Positions 28,301 to 39,636 of a stretch of DNA of 64,000 nt are shown here, piece after piece. Positions within the stretch are counted from its first letter, which is position 1; every line of letters starts with the position of its first letter. Made by a program: the position numbers and the translations under genes. Under the pieces are notes generated by a model. That model ran no database searches and had not been told where the DNA came from. It saw nothing but the letters and a program-made list of their open reading frames with translations. The DNA comes from Octopus bimaculoides (taxonomy: Eukaryota), in NCBI RefSeq assembly GCF_001194135.2, contig NC_068985.1, positions 84,126,414-84,190,413 of the forward strand, in the 5' to 3' direction.

Positions 28301-29412
28301 AATAAAAAAAAAGCTAAGTATAGACTTTTAAATATCTATTTGAAGAAGGAGCACATTGGCTAATGCAGTCCTACATATATTGGGTCTCTGCTGATCAATA
28401 TATACCTTGCACCTTCATATGTATGTACAGGCCTGGGCAAACAATTTTTTGACTAACGTTAGCAGTTTCCCAGACATACTTGTCTCTCCTCTAAATGACA
28501 CCACTGTTGATCCAAAGAAAAGCCACTGACTGGGGCCAATACAACTTAGTACTGGAGTTGTCATTGGTTTTGCTCATCAGAAAGAAAACAAAAAACTTGA
28601 TTGGATTCCACAAGGCATCTTGCCTAACTTTCTAACAGTTTAGCTATTTCACAGACCTCAATTGGTACATCATTCTATTGTCTCTAGAAGGATAAAAGGC
28701 AAAGTTTTCATCAGCAGGACTTGAACTCTGAACACAGTGGATCGGAACCAAATACCACCTAACATTGTGTTCGATATCCTAATGACTCTACCAATCCACT
28801 GCAATAAATGCAGTCCTAGATATCTGAAAAAAAAAAATAATAAAATAGAATGGTCATAACTAGAATGCTTTTGATCAAAGGTGTGTTTATGAAGGGCTGG
28901 TTTTGTGCTAAAAGAACAACAATTTTATGACTCTTAAAATAAATTAAAAAAAACTCTAAGTATTCGTAAGATAATAACAGTTGCAAATTTTGGTGTAGAA
29001 CTCAATCAAAGTTTATGTTCTTGACTGTATGTCACCATTGAACATTCAATGAATTCACTCCCATGCCATCAAGTGGCTGTGGGAATACATTTAGAAAATA
29101 TTCTATAGAGTTATTGACAGTATTGTAAGACAATATTTTATGTTAACAATCACTGTTAAGAGTAACAATTTCCAGTGAAGAAGAATAAATTGGAAACTAG
29201 TGGATATGGAGATGGTGTTATTGTCAGAAGGAAAACAAAAAAGAAATGAGATTTTTTTTTCATTTCCCAAAGAGAAAAAAAAATTTAAATAAACATATGG
29301 AATAACACCATAAACAACAATGAAATCAAATTGGAAAACAAAGATGCTGTCCTCCTGTGATAATTTTAATATTTCACCTTGATACAATCATTTCCTTCAA
29401 GTTTTGATGATG

Positions 29413-29445
<33 letters not shown>

Positions 29446-30035
29446 TTGTTGTTTTTTAATATTATTTTTTTTCTCTCTCTTGTGCACTTCCCACACACAA
29501 TTTGATATTTCTTCCTATTCTTTTCATTTAAAGAGAAAAAAAAATTTTAAAGATTACCATTGAAGCTACTACTAGCCAACTATATTCACACACACCCATT
29601 TCTTCTCATACAACCTCTGCCACTTTGAATGCTTTCTACATGTTAAAATTACTTCTTCCAACCCTCCACCCTCAATGCCACCACCACCACCACCACCATC
29701 ACCACCATCACCCTTTGTTTCAAAACAAAAAAAAAAGAAATATAATATAATATTACACAACTGCTACTACAACTATTACCAATATCAATATCTCTACTTG
29801 TGTGGCTATCATTTCTAGCCATGTACTACTTCAGTAGTCATCTTAATCATTATCGTAATCATCATCATCATCATCAGTAACAACAGTATCTCCTCTTTAC
29901 CAGCGCAGAACAATCATCTACTGCTACCAGCATCATCATCATCATTAGTATCATCACCATCACCAAAAATATCACTTCAATGACATAATGATTTCTTAGA
30001 AGTATCAACACATTTGTTATCAATAAAATCACACT

Positions 30036-30120
30036 GCACCACCACCACCACCACCACCACCACCACCACCACCACCACCACCACCACCACCACCACTACC
30101 ACCACCGCCACCACCACCAA
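30036..30120. repeat. (CAC)n microsatellite within a CAT/CAC-rich low-complexity tract
   Basis: Directly visible. Confidence 0.95.
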
Positions 30121-30420
30121 TTCCATCACTACCATCACCTTTAGTATAATTAATTATTAAAGCTGTCAATGAAACTACCACCTAAAACTACCACCATCTC
30201 CATCACTGACTACCCGTAGCCATGTTACTCTCCACTTCTTCAACACTGTGGACCTTGACCCCTCTCTTATAACTTATATGACTTGAGATAACTTCTATGA
30301 ATTTCTAGCTCTTATGTCTTTTAATTTTTACCTTTTACTTGTATTAGTCACTGGACTGTGGCCATGCTGGGGCACTGCCTTGAAGGGTTTAGTCAGACAA
30401 ATCAACAGTGCTTATTTTTC

Positions 30421-30590
30421 AGTTCTATATTTAAGAGATGAGGAATTATGTACATTATTTACATTATTTACATTCGACGGATATTTGTCCTCATCTTGTT
30501 TGTTGTTAACACAACGTTTCAGCGTAGTGGTTAAGAGCGCTGGCTACCAACCCCAAGATTCTGAGTTCCATTCCAAGCAGTGACCTAAAC

Positions 30591-30621
<31 letters not shown>

Positions 30622-30734
30622 TTGAAAAATACCTTATGAATGAGAACCCAGGTTCGAAATTTCCCCCAACCAAAACGTGTTAACAACAAACAAGATGAGG
30701 ACAAATATCCATTGAATGTAAATAATGTAAATAA
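30421..30734 (+). mobile_element. tRNA-headed short element preceded by an inverted copy of its own 3' end
   Basis: 30455-30520 is the reverse complement of 30672-30734 (3 substitutions and one 3-nt gap). A tRNA-like head TAGTGGTTAAGAGC...GAGTTCCATTCC starts at 30521. Confidence 0.75.
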
Positions 30735-31265
30735 AGTGTTTATTTTTGTTTTTAAGTTTTGTTACTTTTTACTTGTGTCAGTCATTAGACTGCAGCCATG
30801 CTGGGGGCACCACCTTGAAGAACTTTTAGTTGAATGAATCGACCCCAGCACTTTTTATTTTAAGCTTGGTACTTATTCTATAAGTCTCTCTTGCTGAACC
30901 ACTAAGTCACGGGGACATAAACACACTAACACCAGTTGTGAAGCGGTGGGGAGTGACAAACACAGATACAAAGACACACACACAAACATATATATACGAC
31001 AGGCTTCTTTCAGTTTCTGTCTACCAAAGCCACTCACAAGGCTTTGGTTGGCCCTAGCCTATAGTAAAGGACACTTGCCCAAGATGCCATGCAGTGAGAC
31101 TGAGCCTAGAACTATGTGGCTGGGAAGCAAGCTTCTTACCACACACCCATGCATATATTTTCTATCAGGATTTTTTGCCAAACCACTAAGCTAAGGGGAT
31201 GTAAACAAATCAAAATGCTTATCAAATGTCAATGGTTGTCTCTCCATTATTTCTTTTTATCACAG

Positions 31266-31402
31266 GTTTTGTTGGAACTCCTGGAGTCATGCATAGCGGG
31301 CTTGTGCCTGCAGCCTATGATACCATGTTGCTTGTTCCTTTCAATTATCTAATACTTTACGGATTATTCTCTCCTTTATTATTATTGATATTATTATTAT
31401 AG
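31266..31402 (+). CDS. Possible plus-strand (terminal?) exon: (G)FVGTPGVMHSGLVPAAYDTMLLVPFNYL...*
   Basis: Strong acceptor CCATTATTTCTTTTTATCACAG|G and locally raised GC. No good donor was found; the phase-0 frame is also open for 28 codons. Confidence 0.3.
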
Positions 31403-31544
31403 ACATCACACAGTATACAATATCGTGAGGTTATTGATTAAAGATATTGTGTCTACCAGGGGTTTGTACTGTTTGTCAAGACACAGCAAGGACCTGAGAC
31501 AGACATTACTTTATGCAATATGCGTGCAGTTCCAAGCAATGCCA

Positions 31545-31606
<62 letters not shown>

Positions 31607-31739
31607 CCTCTTCTTTCAATTCTGTTTCCATTTCTTGCCGAGTGTCTTTCCAACACCTAGGGCAAATCAACACACTGTATACATTGGTAGGCCATTAAAA
31701 TAAAGATACCAGATTGTTCATTTAATTATTATCATTAAG

Positions 31740-31940
31740 ACAGCGAGCTGGCAGAATCATTAGCACACCATGCAAAATGCTTAGTTCAAATTCCACTGAA
31801 GTCGACTTTGCCTTTCATCCTTCTGGGGGATGGGGGGGGGGTCAGTAAATTAAGTACTAGTGAAACACTGGGGTTGATGTAATTGACTAGTCTCCTCTCA
31901 CCAAATTTCAGGCCTTGTGCCTTTAGTGGAAAGGATTATT
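31740..31940 (+). mobile_element. SINE family B (AGCTGGCAGAATC head; GTCGACTTTGCCTTTCATCC core); representative copy
   Basis: Recurrent about 200-bp unit. Other copies: 3505-3720-, 4015-4230+, 4245-4455+, 4630-4780-, 4790-4900+, 7790-7900-, 8765-8915+, 27410-27620+, 34400-34605-, 41090-41370+, 42245-42320 and 42745-42885+ (split), 57935-58075+, 61560-61735-, 62175-62385-. Variants with an extended 3' body at 26985-27350- and 28480-28800-. Confidence 0.85.
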
Positions 31941-31962
31941 ATTATCATCGTCATTATCATCA

Positions 31963-32006
<44 letters not shown>

Positions 32007-32250
32007 GTTTTCACTGTTTCACTTTTTCTCACTCATATGCATATGTGACAATCACTTGATCTCTGTCTTGTTAATTCAGGCCAGTATTTCAATCCATTAA
32101 CAGATGTCACAGCAGAGGTCAAATCTTGAATTTAAAGTGTCATCTTTTAACTCGTGTGCTGAAAGGGTCATCTAACTCTGATGCAAGCTGTTGCTGCTTT
32201 CTGTCTTCAGTTCATGTCATATCACCCTTCTAAGCATTTCTCCATTTACA

Positions 32251-32281
<31 letters not shown>

Positions 32282-33663
32282 TAACTTTCGCCCACATATG
32301 CACACATGACAGTGGCTATAGGTGCGGGAGTGAGTATGTGATAAGTAACTTGCTTACCAATCACATGGTTCTGGGTTCAGTCGCACTGTGTGGCACCTTG
32401 GGCAAGTATCTTCTACTATAGCCTTGAGCCTTGTGAGTGGATTTGGAAGACAGAAACTGAAAGAAGCCTGTCGTACATATATGTGAGTGTGTGTGTGCGT
32501 GTCTGTGTTTGTCCCCTCACTATCACTTGACAACCGATGTTGGCATGTTTACACCCCCATAACTTAACAGTTTGGCAAAAGAGACCAATAGAATAAGTAC
32601 TAGGCTTACAAAGAATAAGTCCTAGGGTCAATTTGTTCAACTAAAGGCGGTACTCCAATATGGCCACAGTCAAATGACTAAAGCAAAAACAAAATTATGC
32701 ATATATATAACATGTATGTGTGTGTGCAGCAAAGGCATGGGTATGTGATTAACAAGCTTGCTTTGCAACCATGTGATTTGGGTTTCAGTCCCACTGTGCA
32801 ACACTTTTGGCCACTGTCTTCTACTATAGCCCTGAGCTAATCAATGCCTTGTGAATGTATTTGGTAGATGGAAATTGTGCGCAACTCTATCATATATATA
32901 TGTGTGTGTGTACGTGTGTGCATCTTTGTCTGTCCATCCTACCACTGTTTGGCAATTGAACATGGTTTGCTTATGTCCTCATAACTTAGTAGTTCAGCAA
33001 AAGATCTCAATACAATAAGTACCAAACTTAAAAAAAAAAACCAAGTACTGGGATTAATCTGCTTGGCTAAAAACCCATTCACAGCAGTGCCTTAGCATAT
33101 CTACATCCCAATGACTGAAACAAATAAAAGATAAACGGTTGAAAGTCAAGATTCTTAAATTCATAATTTTTTAATGCAATATTCAACAACAATCTCCAGT
33201 TTTTCTCCATGTTGCGTATTTGTAAAGACCCTCTTTGGTCATGAATGACCATGGGATTGCACCTCCAAAGTTACCCTCTGAGGTACAAGTCTGGGCAAGG
33301 TTGTTTATGGAAGACCAGCAGTCACCCACGCATACCAGCCTCACTTTTCAATGCCCCCGATGTTATCCAAAGGTAAAGCAAAGGCTGATACAGCTTGGCA
33401 ACAGTGATGATGCAACTCATTTCTACAGCTGAGTGAACTGGAGCAATGTTAAATAAAGTATCTTGCTGAAGAACGCAACAGTTCAGTCGAAGAATCAACT
33501 TCACTACGTCATGATTGTGAGCCCAATGCTCTAGCCACTGAGCCATGTGCCTTCACTGTGTATGTGTACATAGACATATAAATATTTACCTCTAATACAG
33601 AATAAAATTTTTTCAAAAAATTTCATAAAGTGGCCAGCATATTAAAATACCTTTTAAGGTGAA

Positions 33664-34115
33664 AATTGTAAACAATTATAAAAAAGGGCAAAAGAAAAAA
33701 AATTCTGTGCCAATATGCTGAGAAATAGACTTTAAGTCATCAATCACCACATACAATATACATCACTATAAATACATATCGTGTTGAATCAAGGAAAGCA
33801 AGCTAACAGAATTTTTTTAAAATGCATTGTCTTTGTATCGATCGATTTAGGGATTAATCTCATGGATTTTTCCACTCGTCAGCAGAAAATATGATAAGAA
33901 ATAAATGAAATACTTACAAGCACCCATGGAAAAAAGCAGAAGCAAAGTCATGAGTACACATAAGTACCCCAAATATATCTAAATATAAATTCCGTAGCAA
34001 GCCCCAATACATGTGTTCACCAGTCCCGGTGCTGACTGATAATTTTAAGTCTATCTCTCAGCATATTGGCATAGAAATTTTTTTCTTTCACCCTTATTTA
34101 TAATTGTTTATAATT
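33664..34115. repeat. Inverted repeat (about 85-bp arms, 33664-33749 and 34031-34115)
   Basis: The reverse complement of the left arm, AAGTCTATTTCTCAGCATATTGGCACAGAATTTTTTTTCTTTTGCCCTTTTTTATAATTGTTTACAATT, matches AAGTCTATCTCTCAGCATATTGGCATAGAAATTTTTTTCTTTCACCCTTATTTATAATTGTTTATAATT. Confidence 0.85.
33918..33978 (-). CDS. Possible exon E7: IYLGYLCVLMTLLLLFSMGA (transmembrane-like)
   Basis: Donor CTT|GTAAGT; moderate acceptor TTATATTTAG|. Phase 0 start fits E6 only if E6 uses GAA|GTAAAA. Lies inside an inverted repeat. Confidence 0.3.
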
Positions 34116-34149
34116 AGACATATAAATATATACAAATATATACAAAGAC

Positions 34150-34378
34150 ACCATTTCGAGCGTGGCCGTTTTCGTGCGGGTGACACGTAAAAGCACCCAC
34201 TACACTCTCTGAGTGGTTGGCGTTAGGAAGGGCATCCAGCTGTAGAAACTCTGCCAAATCAGACTGGAGCCTGGTGTTGCCATCCGGTTTCACCAGTCCT
34301 CAGTCAAATCGTCCAACCCATGCTAGCATGGAAAGCGGACGTTAAACGATGATGATGATGATGATGATGATGATGACA
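34150..34378 (+). mobile_element. SINE family D (RTE-type tail CATGCTAGCATGGAAAGCGGACGTTAAACGATGATGAT)
   Basis: Well-preserved, CpG-rich copy ending in (GAT)n. Other copies: 15910-16125-, 17245-17565+, 27735-28100-, 52575-52910-, 53290-53465+; fragments at 25010-25090-, 25415-25520+, 60265-60362+. Confidence 0.85.
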
Positions 34379-34995
34379 AATATCCAAAACAATGGTTTCA
34401 AATTAATGGCACAAAGCCAGCAAGTTTGGGTGAGTGATAAGTTGATTACATTGACCCCAGTGCTTAACTGGTACTTATTTTATCAACCATGAAAGAATGA
34501 AAGGCAAAGTCAACCTCAGCAGAATTTGAAGTCAGATTGAAAAGATGGAGACAATGTTGCTAAGCATTTTGTCTGGCATGTTGATGATTCTGCCAGCTTG
34601 CCATCTTACAGATCTCTAAAATAATCCTAGTATTTTCTTTCATTTCATGCCAGGTGAAAACCTGTAACTTCATTTCAGGGAAATGACCTGAAATCTCTAA
34701 GATTTCCTTAATCAGGAAAGTTCCCAAAACTCTCAATCACTGTCTTTCTGACCAGTCTTAGTTGTTTCAAGCTAATTTGCTTTTTGTCATACAAAAGTTA
34801 AAGTACAAAGTGCGTACAACTAAGAAATGGTGATTATAAGAAGCTTGTAAATATCATTATAGTAATTAAAAGGCAAAAACAAAAAAGAAGAAAAGAAAAA
34901 GAAAACGAAATAAAAATTATTTCAACAACAGAGGATAGAACAAGACATTCAATTTTCTAAAAATGTCAGAGAATTCATATTTAAGATCACGGTAA

Positions 34996-35137
34996 TTAAT
35001 ATCCTAATTTTGCTGGTTGCTGTTGTCTTTTAAGATATTTTACTTCTTCATCAAGTCCATTCAACCAGGTGTAGAACTTATGGTCAATCACATATTGGTC
35101 TTTAATTTGCATTATGTTTTTCAACATACACAAATTA
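34996..35137 (-). CDS. Candidate exon E6: NLCMLKNIMQIKDQYVIDHKFYTWLNGLDEEVKYLKRQQQPAKLGY* (terminal, or spliced at the weak donor after 35044)
   Basis: Strong acceptor TTTTTTATTATTCCCCTTGTAG|. Only the phase-2 frame is open (46 codons), matching the end phase of E5. Confidence 0.6.
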
Positions 35138-35433
35138 CTACAAGGGGAATAATAAAAAATTACAATTAAATAATTATTGTTATTATTGGTTTTTTCCTTA
35201 TTATTATTATCATTATTATTATTATTGCATTTTTCCTTTCTCTACATGCTCACTGATATTTCAATATAGATTCTCCTTAACTTTTCTCTTGCTCTGTGTC
35301 TTTGTTTTTGTTTTACTTCGTTTCATTTTGATTCCTCTTCTTTTGTACCTCTTTTTTCTACCTCATTGCTGCTTTATCTGATTGCCATCCATCTAAAATA
35401 CTTCGTCAAGAAATCATTTTCATTTTCATTACA

Positions 35434-35436
<3 letters not shown>

Positions 35437-35500
<64 letters not shown>
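35437..35500. repeat. (CT)n microsatellite
   Basis: Directly visible; source of the (RE)n ORF in the track. Confidence 0.95.
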
Positions 35501-35503
<3 letters not shown>

Positions 35504-36629
35504 GTTTGTCCCCACCCTGACCTCTCTTTCCTATAGGTCCTGATATTTCCAATTGTTTTACTCTTGGCTTATGCCTATTAAGCAAAGTGAAAATGTGCTT
35601 ATAATCCACTATTTAATTACCGCTACCAAATAAATATCACTTTTCTATATTGTTAGTCTCTCACTCATTATTTTAATCATCTCAGCATATTGATTTGATT
35701 GATTTAAATTTTTGCTTGATTCTTTTTTTTTCTTCTATTCCCATCATCATAAGCATAAACATCAGCAGCATCAGTGTCATGAAAATAATCACATCACTGG
35801 CATCTCCCCACTGTCTCTCTTCTACTTTCATTATCATCATTTCCTTTTTAGTTTTAATGGTCTCAGAATATTTGGTCGCACACATGAAATGACACCATAT
35901 TCAAACAAGTGTTAATATACTGTGCACCAAACTTATCAAACCCACACCAGCATAGAAAATCATACATACAGATGATTATTGTAATGATCTCTGATCTCAA
36001 GGCTGGAATGATCTAATGAAAATCTCAATATTACTGTTATTATTCAGCAAAAAGAATATTTTGTCAGTGCCCAAGGAATTCAAGAATCGTATCGGTTTCT
36101 CATGAAAATATCCGTTTATACTACTACCCTCTTAATTTGTTTTTTGTCCCTCTGATTGTTAGTGATTGATGGTAGGAAGTTTTTAACTCGTATTAAATTC
36201 AGTTGTTTTTTTGTTTTGTTTTTTTGTGTAAAAAAAAGCAAAAAATTTTTTTTTGCTTTCTCCCAACTGAGATACATTCAAAGACTAATGTTTCTTCATC
36301 AAATATTCATACTGATCAACAGCAGCAAACCAATTGAAAAGCCAAAACTAGTATATTCTTCTTCTTTTAGTTGTTTCAAGTATCTTCATTACATTTTCTA
36401 TCATGGATGATAGAGATTGATTACTTGAGTTTCTCAAATGAGGAATAATTAGAATCAAAGTAAAATTGAGTTGAAGCTATTGCCTTCAGTAGGCAATGGC
36501 ACCAACATGATGGTTTAGAAAAATACACAATCACCTAAGGTGTGTGAATATGTACACATGTGTGTGCATCCTCATCTGTGTGCATGTATTTATCTGCCTA
36601 TGTGTATGTACCATTATGTGTGCGTAAGG

Positions 36630-36955
36630 TGCATGGTTCAGTGGTTACAGTGTTTGGCTCACAATCATGAGGTAGTGAGCTCAATTCCTGGACTGGGCTG
36701 TGGGTAGTGTTCTTGAGCAAGACATTTTATTTTTCACATTGCTCCAGTTCACTCAGCTGTAGAAATGTGTTGCAACAGCAATGGTGCCAAACTGTATTGG
36801 CCTTTGCCTTTCCCTTGGATAACATCTGTGGCGTGGAGAGGGGAGGCTGGTATGCATGGACAACTGCTGGTCTTCTATAAACAACCTTGTCAAGACTTGT
36901 GCCTCAGGGGGTAACTTTGTAGGTGCAATCCCATGGACCCCCAAAGGTGGTCTCC
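36630..36955 (+). mobile_element. SINE family C (tRNA-like head, TTCTTGAGCAAGACA core)
   Basis: Head GTGCATGGTTCAGTGGTTACAG...CAATTCCTGG. Full copies also at 33227-33555- and 37365-37660-. Related heads with different tails at 37110-37320- and 15680-15880-. Confidence 0.85.
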
Positions 36956-37694
36956 ACTCTCTCTCTTTCTCTCTCTCTGTATATATATGTTAGTGTGTGT
37001 TTGTATTTTTGTGTATGTATATATATAATGGTAGTCTCTCTCTTAGTCTGAGAAAGACATTTGTGCAATTTCTTGCTGAACAACCTGCACAAATGATTTT
37101 TTTATAGGTGATCGAATGTTTGTGCTGAACATTAGCTCCCTCACTCCATCAAATCAACGTTTGTCTGAACAGGGTGCACAGTGTACCACACATCAGGTGT
37201 CAAAGTGATCACAGAGCAACATGAGCTGAAGTGTTTTGCTCAAGAATGTAATGCACCACCTGATCCAAGATTTGAAACCATAATCTCATTATCACTAGTT
37301 AAACACACTAACTACTAGATCATACACACACGTACAAACATATACATGCATATACATGCTGAGACCCCCTTCGGTCATGACTGACCATAGGATTGCAGCT
37401 AGAAAGTTACCCTCCCAGGCACAAGTCCGAGGAAGGCTGTTTATGGAAGACCAGCAGTCACCCATGCATACCGGCCTCCCCTCTCCATGCCACCAGTATT
37501 AACCAAGGGAAAGGCAAAGTCGATACAGCTGAGTGAACTGGAGTAAAATGAAATAAAGTGTCTTGCTCAAGAACACAATGCGTAGCCCGGTCTGGGATTC
37601 AAACTCACAACCTCGTGATCATAAGCTCGATGCTCTAACCACTGAGCCATGCGCCTTCACATGCATATACATAATACATATATATATATATCAT

Positions 37695-38291
37695 CCTTGC
37701 CTTCGAAACGCGGAGTAGATGGAACAGGGACAACTGAAGAAGAGAAATATTCTTTATGTTGCATGTCTCGTTTCTCTGTTTGTTTTTTTCATTGTTTGAA
37801 AAAATGTTCGTTTTCTGTCTTCGTCTTTATGTTTTCGTTTCTCATTGTGTTTATAACGTTTTTTTGGATGTCCTGTACCCATATATGCATGTATGTATAC
37901 ATATAGATGTAGGTATGTACATATATGTATGGACATATGCATATATTTATATATTATTTATGTTATTATATGCATATATATGCTGATATACACATATTTA
38001 TACATGTGTGTGTAAAATGGATATTGCACTCGATATAACACTCGATAAAATAGATAAGTGAAGAAACAACAAAATAAGAGTGGCAAGAAGTTTAATGAAT
38101 ATTATCTGGAAAATAAAAATTCTGAAATAGTTTTTCACAAGACATGTGTTTAGAAGAAAGGATAATAGATGGAATAGAATACTGATAGAGTGGACATGAC
38201 GTCCTGAAAAAAAGGTGGGGAAGACCATGCAGAAGTTCGAATGTGTGTATATGTCACATATATACCTATGTCTGTGTGTGTGTGTATATAA

Positions 38292-38348
<57 letters not shown>

Positions 38349-38616
38349 TGCATATGTGTGTGTGTGTATATGTATGTATATATATATATATAATATAAAT
38401 AATATGTGAGTATATGCATATATACATACATATATGTACATACCTACATCTACATGTATATATAGATGCATTTCTGGGTACAGGACGTCACAAAAAAACG
38501 TGGACAAAATGAAAAGCAAGACATAAACAGAGCACAGAAAACACACAGGCCACATAGAGAACATTCCTCATCAGCTGCCACCATTCTAAAACTAAGCGTT
38601 TTGAAGAGTTAGGGCA
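37695..38616. repeat. Inverted pair of a TA-terminated repeat (arms 37695-37968 + and 38393-38616 -) around an RTE fragment
   Basis: The arms align in reverse complement, e.g. GTCCTGTACCCA..TAGATGTAGGTATGTACATATATGTATG. The ORF track shows homologous peptides on opposite strands ([21 protein letters not shown] versus [21 protein letters not shown]). Confidence 0.85.
38013..38240 (+). mobile_element. RTE-clade LINE 3' fragment
   Basis: [58 protein letters not shown] matches the RTE C-terminal pattern LGITL..IR...KIK.LKW.WAGHV.RR.DNRW...EW.PR. Confidence 0.75.
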
Positions 38617-38790
38617 TATATATACATATATATATATATGCACACACATATATCTATGTACACACACACACACACACACATATGTGCACACACGCATAAA
38701 CACACACACACACACATATACGTATAAATTACTTAAAAGATGGCTAGTAACTGAATGCTTCTGTGTGTTTACCATCAGTCAGTCACTTAC

Positions 38791-38833
38791 CTATATGAAT
38801 ACACATTGTATGAAGATATGGAATATGCCGTAG
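38791..38833 (-). CDS. Candidate exon E5: (A)TAYSISSYNVYSY(S)
   Basis: Textbook acceptor with branch point, TTTCGACTAACTCTTTCTTTAG|; donor TAG|GTAAGT; 43 nt, phase 1 to 2. Confidence 0.7.
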
Positions 38834-39389
38834 CTAAAGAAAGAGTTAGTCGAAATAAAGGATTAAATACATTATATCAACTATAATATAATATTGAATG
38901 CAAGTGTGTTAATGTATTTCCATTCAATTTCAGGTCTATTAAGCATACTCTGTCACTTTTATATTTCCTTTCCATTACATTTCTGATATGCTTTTATGAA
39001 TATTTATTATATTTACGATGTTATTTGATGATAATATTCTAGATTATCTTGCTATACAAGATTGCCACTTACAATTTTATTACATGCATAAATAAAATTC
39101 CACTAAATTAGATGGAACAAAAGATCACTAACTCTAATCAAGATCATTGTTCGGTCTTTGGTTTGTTTTTACTAGTATTATGTGTGTTTGTTTGTTTGTT
39201 TGTTTGATTGTTGTGTGTTTGTTGTCATTGTTATTGTTATTCACTTATTTGTTGTTGTTTTTGTTGTTGTTTGGTTTTGAAATATTCTTCATGTAATTAA
39301 AGGTGAAACTAACTCATTAGCAAAAATTCCAGTACTGGAAAAATTTCTTTGCTTCTTTTAAGCAATGGTTAGCAAAATAGGAAACTTAC

Positions 39390-39472
39390 CAGTATTGTTA
39401 ACTCTTGATATGTAACAAACATACAAACACAATGATATTGATAATGCTATAGCAGACAAAATAATGACATAA
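39390..39472 (-). CDS. Candidate exon E3: YVIILSAIALSISLCLYVCYISRVNNT (transmembrane-like)
   Basis: Acceptor GTAATTTTACAG|, donor CTG|GTAAGT, 83 nt. Only one frame is open (phase 2 to 1), and it fits E2 upstream and E5 downstream. Confidence 0.65.
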
Positions 39473-39636
39473 CTGTAAAATTACCAGATTAATCTAGCAG
39501 TGTTTAACTAACTGCCACTTAAATCCAGCTGGTTCGTTTTAGTCTTTCCTCTTTTTAATTAAACTTGAAGCAACTCTTATATGCTTGCACACTAGGATTT
39601 CATAACATACATTATACATGCATACATCTAGAGATT

